Assembly (NCBI GenBank): GCA_963674825.1
Contig: OY771587.1
Coordinates: 640,001 to 704,000 of the forward strand
DNA: 64,000 bases
Reading direction: 5' to 3'
Source of the DNA: Candidatus Cloacimonadales bacterium
GTDB taxonomy: Bacteria > Cloacimonadota > Cloacimonadia > Cloacimonadales > JAIOQZ01
A model generated the notes under the pieces. The model was not told the origin of the DNA. It saw only the letters and a list, made by a program, of their open reading frames with translations, and did not search any database. Positions 43,959 through 53,357 of the stretch are shown here, piece after piece. How positions within the stretch are numbered: the stretch's first letter is position 1; every line of letters starts with the position of its first letter. The position numbers and the translations under genes were made by a program.

Positions 43959-44921
43959 TCAGGTAAGGTTAAGTTTTTGGCGGATAAGATGACAGGTATC
44001 GGCGAAACGACGGGCGTCGTCAGCGCCTCGGGGAAAGTTCGGCTGGATGCCTTCGGCTTTCAGGAAGCGCATGAATTCCCGCAGCGTCTTTCCTTCCTGC
44101 CCATCGTAGGAGCTATCGGGAATCAGCCGTGCATGAACGCCATCGGGATCGATCACAGTCCGGTATCTCCTGCGCATGAATAGCGGACGCAGCTTGAGCG
44201 CATACAGGAGAAGGTTCGCGCCTGCAACGGACGACATGCTCTCGTATTTACGCTTCTTGAACTGCATGTACTGATCGTAATCGATGGGATCGGCAGCGCC
44301 TTCGTGAAGTAGCCATCCGGTTTCCGGGAAAAAGTGGTTGTTGTAACCGCCGAAGGTGAGCCTGACGCCATAATCGGTGTCTTCCCAGGAATACTGCCCG
44401 TAATCGGTGCACCAGTACCCGAATTTCCGAAAGATTTCCTTTCGGATCATTACCGCGCCGCCGTATATCTCCGACTGATTGGCCGGTGTGCTGACTTTCG
44501 TGTCCGATGCGATCCTGGTTTGAGATGTCCTCCGGTTTTCGTGCTGAAAGAAGTCATAGGACAGCGCGCCGAAGTCGCTGTTCTGGGCTGCATCGACAAT
44601 CTCGATCATCTTCTTGAGCCACCCTGTCCGGGCCACCACAATATCGTTATCCATGCGTAGATAATATGGTGTATCGACGAGGTCCCATCCCGCATTTGCA
44701 GCGGCAGAGAGGCCATAGTTTCGATCCAGGAGAAGAAGATTATCGATCGCGCCTTTATCACGTTGTTCAAGAAGCCATTCACGGGAGCCATCATCGCTGT
44801 TATTGTCGATCACAGTCAGGATATAGGGATAAGCTGTATTGCTGCGGATGCTATGGAGCGAAGGCTTTGTGCGCTCGATACGATTGAAGGTGACGATTAC
44901 CAGGTGGACGGCTTTGGTCAT
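43959..44921 (-). CDS. Glycosyltransferase family 2
   Basis: IVTFNR, VIDNNSDDG, NYGLSAAANAG, MDND, EDTDY. Confidence 0.88.
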   Translation of the reverse strand: MTKAVHLVIVTFNRIERTKPSLHSIRSNTAYPYILTVIDNNSDDGSREWLLEQRDKGAIDNLLLLDRNYGLSAAANAGWDLVDTPYYLRMDNDIVVARTGWLKKMIEIVDAAQNSDFGALSYDFFQHENRRTSQTRIASDTKVSTPANQSEIYGGAVMIRKEIFRKFGYWCTDYGQYSWEDTDYGVRLTFGGYNNHFFPETGWLLHEGAADPIDYDQYMQFKKRKYESMSSVAGANLLLYALKLRPLFMRRRYRTVIDPDGVHARLIPDSSYDGQEGKTLREFMRFLKAEGIQPNFPRGADDARRFADTCHLIRQKLNLT

Positions 44922-45829
44922 GCGGTCTCGAGTTCTCGGATTTTCACCAAATACTTTCTGGCTGCCTGCAGGAACGGAGCTTTGAGCTCCGGAGCATCAA
45001 ATTGGTTGGCGACCCGCATGAAGCTGGTTACATAATGGTTGTAAAGTTCAGATTCGGAGTGGGCGTAGTCTGGGCTGTGAATCTCGGGAGCGTGATGATC
45101 GATTACGTATTCCATGAGGTTCATGGTCGTCTTGAGGCGCGGCAGCATGTTTCGGCAGATTTGCGCTTCATGGCTGCGCTTGAAGTAGTCCTGTAGGCTA
45201 TCGAGCATCCGAAAGCGAACGTTGAGAGCATTGCGTACGACCCACGCGGTGTCACCGAAATTCTCCAGCTCGCCATCAAAAGTACCGTATTTCTCGAATA
45301 CCTCCCTGCGAACCAATGCGCCGGTGTGTGGAATCCCTCCGATAGTAGTTTCCAGAAAGAGCTTCAAGAGGTTCTTGCGCTCGCTGAGCGAATAATCCAG
45401 ATAACGCCAGATACGATTGGTAACGGTTCCGTCTTCCTCGATCACCAGAAGCTTTTCGGGGTAGTAGTAATCGAAATCTTGACGCTGGTTAATCGCCGCC
45501 ATACCACGTTCGAGATATTTTGGCGAGATATAATCGTCCGAATCGATGTACATGACCAATTCACCACGCGCTTCAGCCAAGCCACGATTCTTGGTATCCC
45601 AGCAGCGGGTGTGCGGCTTTCGGATAAGCCGGATACGTTCGTCGTCGAACGACGACACGATCTCAACGGTACGGTCGGTCGATCCGTCATCGACGATCAC
45701 CAACTCCCAGTCAGTATAATGCTGGTGTAGCACCGATTCAACGGCTCTCGCGATGTAACGTTCACGGTTGAACACCGCGATAATAACGCTTACCTTTGGC
45801 TTTTGATCAATTGGAGGTACTGATTCCAT
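44918..45829 (-). CDS. Glycosyltransferase family 2
   Basis: VSVIIAVFN, IVDDGSTD, YIDSDD. Confidence 0.9.
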   Translation of the reverse strand: MESVPPIDQKPKVSVIIAVFNRERYIARAVESVLHQHYTDWELVIVDDGSTDRTVEIVSSFDDERIRLIRKPHTRCWDTKNRGLAEARGELVMYIDSDDYISPKYLERGMAAINQRQDFDYYYPEKLLVIEEDGTVTNRIWRYLDYSLSERKNLLKLFLETTIGGIPHTGALVRREVFEKYGTFDGELENFGDTAWVVRNALNVRFRMLDSLQDYFKRSHEAQICRNMLPRLKTTMNLMEYVIDHHAPEIHSPDYAHSESELYNHYVTSFMRVANQFDAPELKAPFLQAARKYLVKIRELETA

Positions 45830-46302
45830 AAAGCTTCGAGCTCCTCTCTTTCCACGCCCAGCTTGCTCATGACGCCGAAGATCGACGCCGTACCTTGCTG
45901 AGCGAGGCAGGTGTTACTGCGTGTCAGGTGAATGTTTCCCTGCTGGTCAAACCAGAATGGATACATCCGGCAGTAGAAAGGCCTCGCATCCTTACTGAGG
46001 GAACAACCCTCATCTGTTAGGAAGACACAGGTTCCATGATCAGTCATCAATCGCACCCTCTTCCCTTCGCGGAGAATCTCTGCCTGGGGAGGAAACCAGG
46101 TGGCGAGTTCTTTCACAAAATCGCTGCGCGGCGTATCCGTAACCGTAAATTGCGATGAAGTCATGCCGGTGTCAAGAGAGATTCTTTCGATCTCTTGAGG
46201 CAACAGACCGAACATGAAGCTTTCATAGCCCGGCTCGATCCGGCAGCAACCATCGCCACGGAGGTGGCATGTCGCGCATATGGGGGGATTGATGTTGTTC
46301 AT
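45790..46302 (-). CDS. YkgJ/CxxCxxCC cysteine-cluster protein
   Basis: CATC....GCC, CVFL....C.L...RPFYCRMYPF. Confidence 0.85.
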   Translation of the reverse strand: MNNINPPICATCHLRGDGCCRIEPGYESFMFGLLPQEIERISLDTGMTSSQFTVTDTPRSDFVKELATWFPPQAEILREGKRVRLMTDHGTCVFLTDEGCSLSKDARPFYCRMYPFWFDQQGNIHLTRSNTCLAQQGTASIFGVMSKLGVEREELEALWNQYLQLIKSQR

Positions 46303-46318
46303 GATATCCTGTAGTGGT

Positions 46319-46349
46319 AAAAAAAGGCTGTCGCGTCCAACAGCCTTTT
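46319..46349. terminator. Bidirectional-type intrinsic terminator
   Basis: AAAAAAAGGCTGT-CGCGTCCA-ACAGCCTTTT. Confidence 0.7.
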
Positions 46350-46454
46350 AATGTCTGTTCGCTCGTTTTGCGAAGATCACGTCGTGATGAGATCACCTTC
46401 TCGATACCGCCTGCTTCCGCATCTTCTTCCCTGAATCCGGCGGTGATGAGATTT

Positions 46455-46483
46455 ATAAAATGGGCGGAGCGTCCCCCGCCCAT
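46455..46483 (-). terminator. Intrinsic terminator after the flagellin remnant
   Basis: Minus strand ATGGGCGGGGGACGCTCCGCCCATTTTA. Confidence 0.65.
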
Positions 46484-46492
46484 CTGGTTCGG

Positions 46493-46640
46493 TTAGCCTA
46501 GCACTCCCAATGCCGTCTTGCGAGTCGAACCCGCGACGACATTGCCACAGCAGATTTGCCAAAATTAATCTACATGAGTAGATTTGATATCGCATTTGGG
46601 GCACGTCCAAGCCACTTAGTACTGTTGATTACGAGAGACT
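46493..46640 (-). pseudogene. Vestigial flagellin gene (N- and C-terminal ends only)
   Basis: Minus strand TCT CTC GTA ATC AAC (SLVIN), then KSAVAM and, after a frameshift, ALGVLG*; matches both ends of the neighbouring flagellins. Confidence 0.6.
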
Positions 46641-46885
46641 GTCTTTCAAGTCTGTTGCCGGTAACTTAGTTACCGGAGTTTGTAAAAAAACTCCAGCTGT
46701 GGTTATGTGCAAGAACCGACAACCAAAACAGTAAAACGTGTTTCTGGACACTCCCCTTCACGAGGGAGTATTACTCCCGTTGAGTGCTTACGCAGCTCTT
46801 GTGCGAGTGACACGTGGATTATAACGGTTATGCAGCGCGAAGAGGATTCTCGGCAAACCCTTCCCCGAGCAAGTACAACCTGTTA

Positions 46886-47845
46886 TTATCCGATAAGGCT
46901 GAGAGCCAATTGCGGCAGTGAATTAGCCTGTGCCAACATACTTACCGCAGACTGGGTGAGAATCTGATTTCTGACGAAGGACGTCATTTCAGTTGCCACA
47001 TCGACATCTGAAATACGAGATTCGGCAGCCTGGACATTCTCCGCCTGAATTGACAGGTTGGAGATGGTGTTTTCCAGACGGTTCTGAACTGCACCCAGTG
47101 CAGCACGCGCGTTTTCTTTACGCAACATCGCGGTGTTGATGGTTTCCAGCGCCATCTGTGCAGCATGCTGTGTACTAACAGCAGCATCTGCCGCACCGAC
47201 TCCAAGGGCGCTGGTGCGCATGTCACCGATTCTGATGAAGTAGTAGTCTTCCGCACGTGAGTTTTCAGGCCCGAAGTGGATCTTGGCACCACCGGTAACA
47301 TTACCGTTGGCGTCGTAGGTACCATTTACTTCCTGCCAGCCGCTACTGTTGGTAAACATACCTTCAGTTGCGGTCCAGGTGTTGTTTGAGGTCCAGGATC
47401 CACCGGATCCGGCGATTGAAACGTTACCATTCAGCAGCTTAACGCCGTTGAAGTCGGTAGCGTTGGCGATACGGTCGATTTCCGCCGCCATAGCTGCGAA
47501 CTCGGAATGGATAATCAAACGCTGAGCGTTTGTATACGTACCGGTTGCGGCCTGTTCAGCCAGTTCCTTCATACGGATCAGTTTTTCGTCGATAACGGCC
47601 ATCGCGCCTTCGGCGGTCTGGATCATCGAGATACCGTCCTGAGCGTTTCTGATTCCCTGGTTAAGGGAAGCGATTTCCGCACGCATACCTTCGCGGATTG
47701 CCAGTCCCGCTGCGTCGTCCGCAGCAGAATTGATACGCAGACCCGTCGAGAGTCTTTCTACGGAAGTGCTCAGATTACCATATGAGTTTGTAAGGTTTCT
47801 GGCTGTGTTCATCGCCATCATGTTGTGGTTGATTACGAGTGACAT
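46886..47845 (-). CDS. fliC: Flagellin
   Basis: MSLVINHN...ERLSTGLRINSAADDAAGL; LGAVQNRLE; ESRISDVDVA; QANSLPQ; AAGGAGG RBS before ATG47845. Confidence 0.97.
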   Translation of the reverse strand: MSLVINHNMMAMNTARNLTNSYGNLSTSVERLSTGLRINSAADDAAGLAIREGMRAEIASLNQGIRNAQDGISMIQTAEGAMAVIDEKLIRMKELAEQAATGTYTNAQRLIIHSEFAAMAAEIDRIANATDFNGVKLLNGNVSIAGSGGSWTSNNTWTATEGMFTNSSGWQEVNGTYDANGNVTGGAKIHFGPENSRAEDYYFIRIGDMRTSALGVGAADAAVSTQHAAQMALETINTAMLRKENARAALGAVQNRLENTISNLSIQAENVQAAESRISDVDVATEMTSFVRNQILTQSAVSMLAQANSLPQLALSLIG

Positions 47846-47982
47846 CTTTTCCTCCTTGATTGGTTGTTGGGGCATCCATGCTGCTATACGACACTTGTCT
47901 TATATAGCAGTGGTTTTGGCAATCTGCTATTACCTAGGCCAAACCAAACCAATCAAATGAAAGGAGACTATAACATCACACG

Positions 47983-48942
47983 TTAACCAATCAGACTGAG
48001 GGCCATTTGCGGTAGGGAGTTAGCTTGAGCCAACATACTGACTGCAGATTGGGTCAGGATCTGATTCCTGACGAATTGCGTCATTTCGGTTGCCACGTCG
48101 ACATCCGATACACGCGATTCGGCAGCTTGAACGTTCTCTGCCTGGATAGACAGGTTCGAGATCGTGTTTTCCAAACGGTTCTGAACGGCACCAAGTGCTG
48201 CACGAGCGTTTTCCTTTCGCAACATTGCAGTATTGATCGTTTCAAGAGCCATCTGCGCAGAGTGCTGTGTACTCACAGCGACGTCCGCAGAGCCAACGCC
48301 AAGGGCGCTGGTTCGCATATCGCCGATGCGGATGAAGTAATAGTCTTCGGTACGGCTATTGCCAGTACCAAAGTGAATCTTCGCGCCACCGGTAATATTA
48401 CCGTTTGCGTCGAAGCTTCCGTTTACTTCCTGCCAGCCACTGCTGTTGGTAAACATTCCTTCGCTTGCTGTCCAGGTGTTGTTCGCGTTCCATGAACCAC
48501 TAGTTCCTGCGACGGAAACATTACCGTTAAGAAGCTTTACACCGTTGAAATCGGTAGCGTTGGCAATACGGTCGATTTCCGCTGCCATTGCTGCGAACTC
48601 GGAATGGATAATCAAACGTTGTTCGTTTGTATATGTACCGGTCGCTGCCTGTTCTGCCAATTCCTTCATACGGATCAGCTTCTCGTCGATAACTGCCATA
48701 GCGCCTTCAGCGGTCTGGATCATCGAGATACCATCTTGAGCGTTTCTGATTCCCTGGTTCAACGTTGCAATTTCTGCACGCATACCTTCACGGATCGCAA
48801 GACCCGCTGCATCATCTGCGGCGGAGTTGATACGAAGACCAGTGGAGAGACGCTCGACGGAAGTTCCCAAATTTCCATATGCCGAAGTCAGGTTTCTGGC
48901 TGTATTCATCGCCATCATGTTATGGTTGATTACGAGTGACAT
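47983..48942 (-). CDS. fliC: Flagellin
   Basis: Same conserved D0/D1 motifs; RBS-supported start. Confidence 0.97.
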   Translation of the reverse strand: MSLVINHNMMAMNTARNLTSAYGNLGTSVERLSTGLRINSAADDAAGLAIREGMRAEIATLNQGIRNAQDGISMIQTAEGAMAVIDEKLIRMKELAEQAATGTYTNEQRLIIHSEFAAMAAEIDRIANATDFNGVKLLNGNVSVAGTSGSWNANNTWTASEGMFTNSSGWQEVNGSFDANGNITGGAKIHFGTGNSRTEDYYFIRIGDMRTSALGVGSADVAVSTQHSAQMALETINTAMLRKENARAALGAVQNRLENTISNLSIQAENVQAAESRVSDVDVATEMTQFVRNQILTQSAVSMLAQANSLPQMALSLIG

Positions 48943-49077
48943 CATTCCTCCTTGATTGGTTCTAACGGCATCCATGCGATATAAGACAAACGTCCTATAT
49001 TGCTTTGCGTTAGCTCATCTGTTGTGGGTGTTTTAGGCTAAACCAAACCAATCTATGAGGCAAAATCAGTCTCCTAA

Positions 49078-50037
49078 TTAACCAATTAAGCTCATTGCGA
49101 GCTGAGGCAGTGAGTTGGCTTGTGCCAACATACTAACTGCAGACTGGGTGATAATCTGATTTCTCACGAATTCCGCCATTTCCGTCGCTACGTCAACGTC
49201 GGAAATACGAGATTCGGAAGCCTGCAAGTTTTCTGCCTGAATGGAGATATTGCTGATCGTGTTTTCGAGACGGTTCTGAATTGCACCCAGCGCAGCACGG
49301 GCATTCTCTTTACGGAGCATAGCCGTATTGAGTGTTTCCAGTGCGAGCTGAGCAGCGTGCTGTGTACTGACGGCCGCATCTGCAGCGCCAACGCCAAGAG
49401 CGCTGGTGCGCATATCACCGATGCGGATGAAGTAGTAGTCTTCGGCACGGCTGTTGCCGGTACCAAAGTGGACCTTAGCGCCACCGATAACATTACCGGC
49501 CGCGTCTGCGGATCCATTTACTTCTTGCCAGCCACTGCTGTTGGTGTACATACCTTCATCGGAAACCCATGTGTTGTTGGCGTTCCAGGTACCATTGGTA
49601 CCACCGATGGAGACATTACCATTCAGAAGTTTAACACCGTTGAAATCAGTCGCGTTGGCGATACGGTCAATTTCCGCCGCCATAGCTGCAAACTCGGAGT
49701 GGATGATCAAACGTTGTTCGTTTGTATACGTACCGGTAGCAGCCTGTTCCGCGAGTTCCTTCATACGGATCAGCTTTTCGTCGATCACGGCCATGGCACC
49801 TTCTGCCGTCTGGATCATCGAGATCGCGTCCTGAGCGTTCCTGACGCCTTGATTGAGCGCAGCAATGTCGGATCTCATACTTTCACGGATCGCAAGACCG
49901 GCCGCGTCATCCGCGGCGGAGTTGATCCGCAATCCAGTTGAGAGCCGTTCCACTGACGTTCCAAGACGTCCGTAAGCAGCAGTAAGGTTTCGCGCCGTAT
50001 TTGCCGACATGAGATTGTGGTTAATTACGAGTGACAT
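49078..50037 (-). CDS. fliC: Flagellin
   Basis: Same conserved D0/D1 motifs. Confidence 0.97.
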   Translation of the reverse strand: MSLVINHNLMSANTARNLTAAYGRLGTSVERLSTGLRINSAADDAAGLAIRESMRSDIAALNQGVRNAQDAISMIQTAEGAMAVIDEKLIRMKELAEQAATGTYTNEQRLIIHSEFAAMAAEIDRIANATDFNGVKLLNGNVSIGGTNGTWNANNTWVSDEGMYTNSSGWQEVNGSADAAGNVIGGAKVHFGTGNSRAEDYYFIRIGDMRTSALGVGAADAAVSTQHAAQLALETLNTAMLRKENARAALGAIQNRLENTISNISIQAENLQASESRISDVDVATEMAEFVRNQIITQSAVSMLAQANSLPQLAMSLIG

Positions 50038-50219
50038 TTTTTCCTCCTTGAAGATGCAAGTTTCATCCTTGTGGCAGCGATTAACCTTGGCCTGCTGTTG
50101 GAGTAGCTGTTGTGCCAGCTAACAAGTCTCATCACTTATGTTCTGGTAAAAGATCTTCTGAATTCTCGAGCGAATTCGTTAAACGCTTGGTTTAAAGGTC
50201 GTGGATGATAGCTGCGACG

Positions 50220-50246
50220 TTATCGATCATTTTCTATTTTACTTTC
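50220..50246 (-). promoter_or_regulatory. Possible sigma28 (FliA) promoter
   Basis: GAAA-N15-ATCGATAA versus consensus TAAA-N15-GCCGATAA, upstream of the flagellin at 50037. Confidence 0.4.
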
Positions 50247-50268
50247 GTTGTACGCTGGACCGGCTAAA

Positions 50269-51231
50269 TTAGCCCAGCAACTGCAGAGCCATCTGCGGAA
50301 GAGAGTTGGCCTGTGAAAGCATCGCTGTTGCTGCTTGTGTCAGGACCTGGTTCTTCACGTATTCAGACATCTCAGTAGCCATATCGACATCGGAGATATC
50401 GGATTCGGCTGCCTGAAGGTTCTCTGCTTGCGAAGTAAGGGCGGTGATCGTGTTTTCGAGACGCGTCATCATCGAGCCAAGGTGTGCACGGTGATGTTCT
50501 TTCATCAGAATCGCGGAGTCGATTTGCTCGAGCGCCATCTGTGCCAGATGCTGTGTCGAGATCGAGATCTTCGATGCTGCCGATGCGTCCGGATCACCGA
50601 TTTGGCCAAACAGACCGTTGGTCGACATGTCACCGATATTGATGAAGTAGTAGTCTTCCAGACGATTGTTCGTGAGACCGAAGTGGATCTTCACGCCGAC
50701 ATTGTTGGCATATTCGCCATCTTCGTCGTAGTTGTTCGCAGTGAGGGTTTGAGGCCCTGACTGGAGCCATCCACCCACCGTGATGTTGTTGTGTGCGTTG
50801 GTGGACAGATCACCATTGAGGAGCTTACGTCCTGCGAACTCGGTGGCCGTGGCGATACGATCGATTTCCGCCGCCATTGCTGCAAATTCGGAGTGCATGA
50901 TCTGGCGTTGCTCATGGGTATAAGTACCCGTGGCAGCCTGTTCAGCGAGCTCTTTCATGCGGATGAGCTTTTCGTCGATAACCGCCATTGCGCCTTCGGC
51001 GGTTTCGAGCATGTTGATCGCCATCTCTGCATTCTGGATACCCTGGTGCATTACACTGATATCTGCCCGCATTTTTTCACGTACCGCAAGGCCCGCAGCG
51101 TCGTCCTTGGCGGAATTAATTCTCAGACCGGTGGAAAGGCGTTCGATGGAAGTTCCCATCTTGCTGTAGTTACTACTGAGTGCGTTGCCTGCTCTTACAG
51201 CAAACATGTTGGTGTTAATTGAAAGTCCCAT
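50269..51231 (-). CDS. fliC: Flagellin (divergent paralog)
   Basis: MGLSINTN...ERLSTGLRINSAKDDAAGL; different central region; QANSLPQMALQLLG. Confidence 0.95.
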   Translation of the reverse strand: MGLSINTNMFAVRAGNALSSNYSKMGTSIERLSTGLRINSAKDDAAGLAVREKMRADISVMHQGIQNAEMAINMLETAEGAMAVIDEKLIRMKELAEQAATGTYTHEQRQIMHSEFAAMAAEIDRIATATEFAGRKLLNGDLSTNAHNNITVGGWLQSGPQTLTANNYDEDGEYANNVGVKIHFGLTNNRLEDYYFINIGDMSTNGLFGQIGDPDASAASKISISTQHLAQMALEQIDSAILMKEHHRAHLGSMMTRLENTITALTSQAENLQAAESDISDVDMATEMSEYVKNQVLTQAATAMLSQANSLPQMALQLLG

Positions 51232-51363
51232 TTTCATCCTCCTTGATGTGTATTAGGCATCCTTGCCTTTGGGTACTTTGTTCTACCTTTGTAAGTTGTT
51301 AGTAAAGTGCTGCGTTGTGTAGGGTTCTAAATGCGGTTGATGCGGATGAAGTCGGCCGGGCCG

Positions 51364-52194
51364 TTACTTCGTAGTGTCGATGTAATGCGAATCGGGTTTC
51401 ATGGTTGCATATTTAGAAATGGCGCGCATACCCGCGTTCTTTTTACCGAGCTCTACTCTCACTTCTTCTTTCCGATTTTGCAGCTCCACGCTATTTTCGT
51501 TTTCCTTGTCAATGATCCGTCTGATTTTCAAGTTAATATCGGAAAGAATCGCATTTGCTTTAGTCTTTTTTTGAGACTCTTTTGGGAGGTTGCGGAGGAT
51601 GTCGTAATTTATTGCGCCGTGGATTTTACGGATATATTCGAGGAGCCTTTTCTTCTGGGTCATCAGCTTTCTCAGCCGGTCGAGATCTTCCACTTCGATC
51701 GCTTCGGTCTCGCGCTCGGTGCGTTCGTAATATTTCCCGTACGCGATCTCGAGGTTGCGAAGCTGGCCGACACTGAAGTCGAGCTGGAGATCCGGTTCGA
51801 TCGGAGAGACAGGGTGAGACGCCGTACCGAGATTGGCAATCTGCTGTTCGAGATCAGCAATACGTATCTTCACTTGCTCGAGATCGACGTGATCTCGATC
51901 GGAATCGTGATCGTCTGGCTCTTCGCCAATCGAATCGGTATAGAGCGTCTGCTCGATATTCTGCTTCTCAATGAGAAGTCGCCCCAGTTCGATCGTGTAG
52001 AAGATGAAATCGGAGTTGTCGATGTACTCATGCGTGGAGGCGTTCTTCTGATCTTGCTCTTCGTCCCGTTCGCCGTGCTGCTTCTCTTGAGCATGTTGAT
52101 CACGCTGCTGCTGCTGCTGCGATCCGGTACGTTCCGCGATGCGGATGCTGTGTATTTCCCGAACGCCGGGAAGTCCGTTTTCTTCCGAATACAT
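51364..52194 (-). CDS. Hypothetical protein; C-terminal half resembles FliT/FlgN-type helical flagellar chaperones
   Basis: Coiled-coil C-terminus (EAIEVEDLDRLRKLMTQKKRLL...YIDTTK); adjacent to flagellins; GGGAG RBS before ATG52194. Confidence 0.45.
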   Translation of the reverse strand: MYSEENGLPGVREIHSIRIAERTGSQQQQQRDQHAQEKQHGERDEEQDQKNASTHEYIDNSDFIFYTIELGRLLIEKQNIEQTLYTDSIGEEPDDHDSDRDHVDLEQVKIRIADLEQQIANLGTASHPVSPIEPDLQLDFSVGQLRNLEIAYGKYYERTERETEAIEVEDLDRLRKLMTQKKRLLEYIRKIHGAINYDILRNLPKESQKKTKANAILSDINLKIRRIIDKENENSVELQNRKEEVRVELGKKNAGMRAISKYATMKPDSHYIDTTK

Positions 52195-52213
52195 CGTATA
52201 ATCTCCCACTGAG

Positions 52214-52240
52214 TTATCGAAGCCGATAACGTTTTCTTAA
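52214..52240 (-). promoter_or_regulatory. Possible sigma28 promoter overlapping a palindrome
   Basis: TTAA-N15-TTCGATAA on the minus strand; GTTATCG-AAGC-CGATAAC inverted repeat. Confidence 0.35.
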
Positions 52241-52535
52241 GGAATATTCGTTATTTTTCTGATTTAGAATGGAATATCATCGATATATTTGGCAAGATAA
52301 AAATACCGCAAGCGTACGTTTTCTTAATCAATTACCCTGCAATAATTTAGGCACAGACGCAGCATTTATCGATTTCAAAGATTATATGATCTAATCCCAT
52401 AGCATATTTGAAATTAGAAACTTTTTTCAAGCCAATCTCATTAATTTGCTTGACAGATAATATTCGCCACCCAAATAGATTACCATGAGAGTCGAAGTAT
52501 ATCTATCGTGATCCCTCCATATAAAGAGAGGCCAT

Positions 52536-53333
52536 ATGAGGAAGTTTTTTTTACCGATGATCGGAATCCTGCTGCTACTCTCTGCCTGTGCCATGAATCA
52601 GGATCTGCAGGTACTCCGTGAGAACGACGAGAAGCAATCGAACAAGATAGAAAAGAACGAGAAGGATATCACATCCCTTTTCGTGAGACTGGATGATGTC
52701 GATACCAGCCAGAAGCCGGATACGCGGCAGTTTTATCAGGATAATCAGCAGATGCTGCAGAAGATCCAGCAGTTGAACACCAGGATCGAGAATCTCGAAA
52801 CTGAAGTTCGCAAACTCACCGAGCAAGCTGTTCGCATGCAGCGGATCGAGAATGAGTTGGATGAGATGAAGCAAAATTATGTCGTAGAGGCTGCACAAGC
52901 TCCAGCGCCAAAAGCCACTCCCGCTACGGTTACAGCTCCGAAGACATCCGATGTCAACGAGAGCATGGAAGATTATCACTATCAGCAGGCACGCAAGGCA
53001 TATGTTGCGAACGACCTTGCCAAAGCAGCGGAACAGTTCCGGGAATTCATCCGCAAATATCCCGATCACCAGCTTGCCGCGAACTCGCAGTACTGGCTGG
53101 GAGAATGTTACTATTCAATGGATAACTTCACCGCCGCACGGAACGAGTTCCTGAAAGTGGTGGATTTCTACTCGAAGTCGCCCAAAGTCCCGGATGCGTT
53201 AGTGAAGATTGCACTGACCTACAAGCAGCAGGGGCAGAACAACCAGGCGAAGGTTGAGCTTGAACGGCTCTTGAAGCAGTACCCGAAGTACGAACGCATC
53301 GATCTGGTAAAATCCTTGCTGAAGGAACTGTGA
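52536..53333 (+). CDS. cpoB: CpoB/YbgF-like lipoprotein (coiled coil + TPR)
   Basis: Lipobox LSAC; coiled coil; FIRKYP..LAANSQYWLGECYY; KVPDALVK. Confidence 0.85.
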   Translation: MRKFFLPMIGILLLLSACAMNQDLQVLRENDEKQSNKIEKNEKDITSLFVRLDDVDTSQKPDTRQFYQDNQQMLQKIQQLNTRIENLETEVRKLTEQAVRMQRIENELDEMKQNYVVEAAQAPAPKATPATVTAPKTSDVNESMEDYHYQQARKAYVANDLAKAAEQFREFIRKYPDHQLAANSQYWLGECYYSMDNFTAARNEFLKVVDFYSKSPKVPDALVKIALTYKQQGQNNQAKVELERLLKQYPKYERIDLVKSLLKEL

Positions 53334-53357
53334 TAACGGTTCCAAGGAAGAGGCACA

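Noticed and set aside
46519..46535. GCGGGTTCGACTCGC on the minus strand resembles a tRNA T-arm
   Set aside because: No acceptor stem, D-arm or anticodon arm; it lies inside the flagellin remnant
46848..46880. GGCAAACCC suggested a c-di-GMP-I riboswitch
   Set aside because: The second GCAAA/P2 elements are missing and the orientation is opposite to the flagellin genes
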